Shown here: positions 63,776 to 64,000 of the stretch, piece after piece
How the letters are laid out: each line of letters begins with the position of its first letter
Numbering within the stretch: the stretch's first letter is position 1
Made by a program: the position numbers and the translations under genes
The notes under the pieces: generated by a model
Seen by the model: the letters and a program-made list of their open reading frames with translations, nothing else
Database searches by the model: none
What the model was told of the DNA's origin: nothing
DNA from: an uncultured candidate division Zixibacteria bacterium
GTDB taxonomy: Bacteria; Zixibacteria; MSB-5A5; GN15; FEB-12
DNA length: 64,000 bases
Direction: 5' to 3'
NCBI GenBank assembly: GCA_963735035.1
Contig: CAVTJJ010000004.1
Coordinates: 320,001 to 384,000 of the forward strand

Positions 63776-64000
63776 TTGTGTAGTGGCGTGAGGGTCGAGT
63801 GATGTCGAGAATACGCCATCATGGTGGCGGAGACGCCTCAACAGGGCAAGGAAACAGAAATACAGTCCCAGCAGACAGATCAAGCGAATCGGCGTGTTCT
63901 TCAGGCCGTGTCCCAGATGATGGCCCGCCACTAGAAGCATGAAGGCGAGTGACAGCCGATCCTTCAGAAGCGAATTTCCCCCGATGTAAAGCTCTCTCCA
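63773..64000 (-). CDS. Possible 3' end of a convergent membrane protein (truncated)
   Basis: Open frame from the window edge to TAA at 63773, ending at the terminator; hydrophobic stretches. Confidence 0.4.
   Translation of the reverse strand, partial: WRELYIGGNSLLKDRLSLAFMLLVAGHHLGHGLKNTPIRLICLLGLYFCFLALLRRLRHHDGVFSTSLDPHATTQ

Overview
GC-rich diderm bacterial genomic window. The gene content (LPS/Kdo, Lol, LptC, exosortase, FlgD/T9SS-like C-terminal sorting domains, McsA-McsB-ClpC) suggests an FCB-associated lineage such as Zixibacteria; this is inference only. About 50 CDS are present: an exosortase/EpsI plus exopolysaccharide block, a HEAT plus HD-GYP pair, an LVIVD surface protein, a KimA-like APC transporter, GDP-sugar genes, kdsA/kdsC/kdsD, lpxL-lptC, coaD, lysS, lolCD and mcsAB-clpC. 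Intergenic regions are packed with modular REP-like palindromes. Highlights: (1) A complete IS110-family (IS1111-type) element at 18858-20230 sits in the centre of a perfect palindrome. Its 3' non-coding region can be folded by eye into a two-loop bridge/seek RNA whose loop segments match both the reconstructed target and the circle junction. (2) An orphan 810-aa protein fuses a class III nucleotidyl-cyclase-like domain to a PIN-like nuclease domain and is a candidate single-gene defence system. (3) A cassette encodes a CXXC redoxin, a secreted 8-Cys mini-protein and a large secreted protein. (4) There are small, highly basic proteins. Six genes are broken by single-base homopolymer insertions, and a seventh probably by a deletion, most likely sequencing errors. 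No rRNA, tRNA or CRISPR array was recognised.
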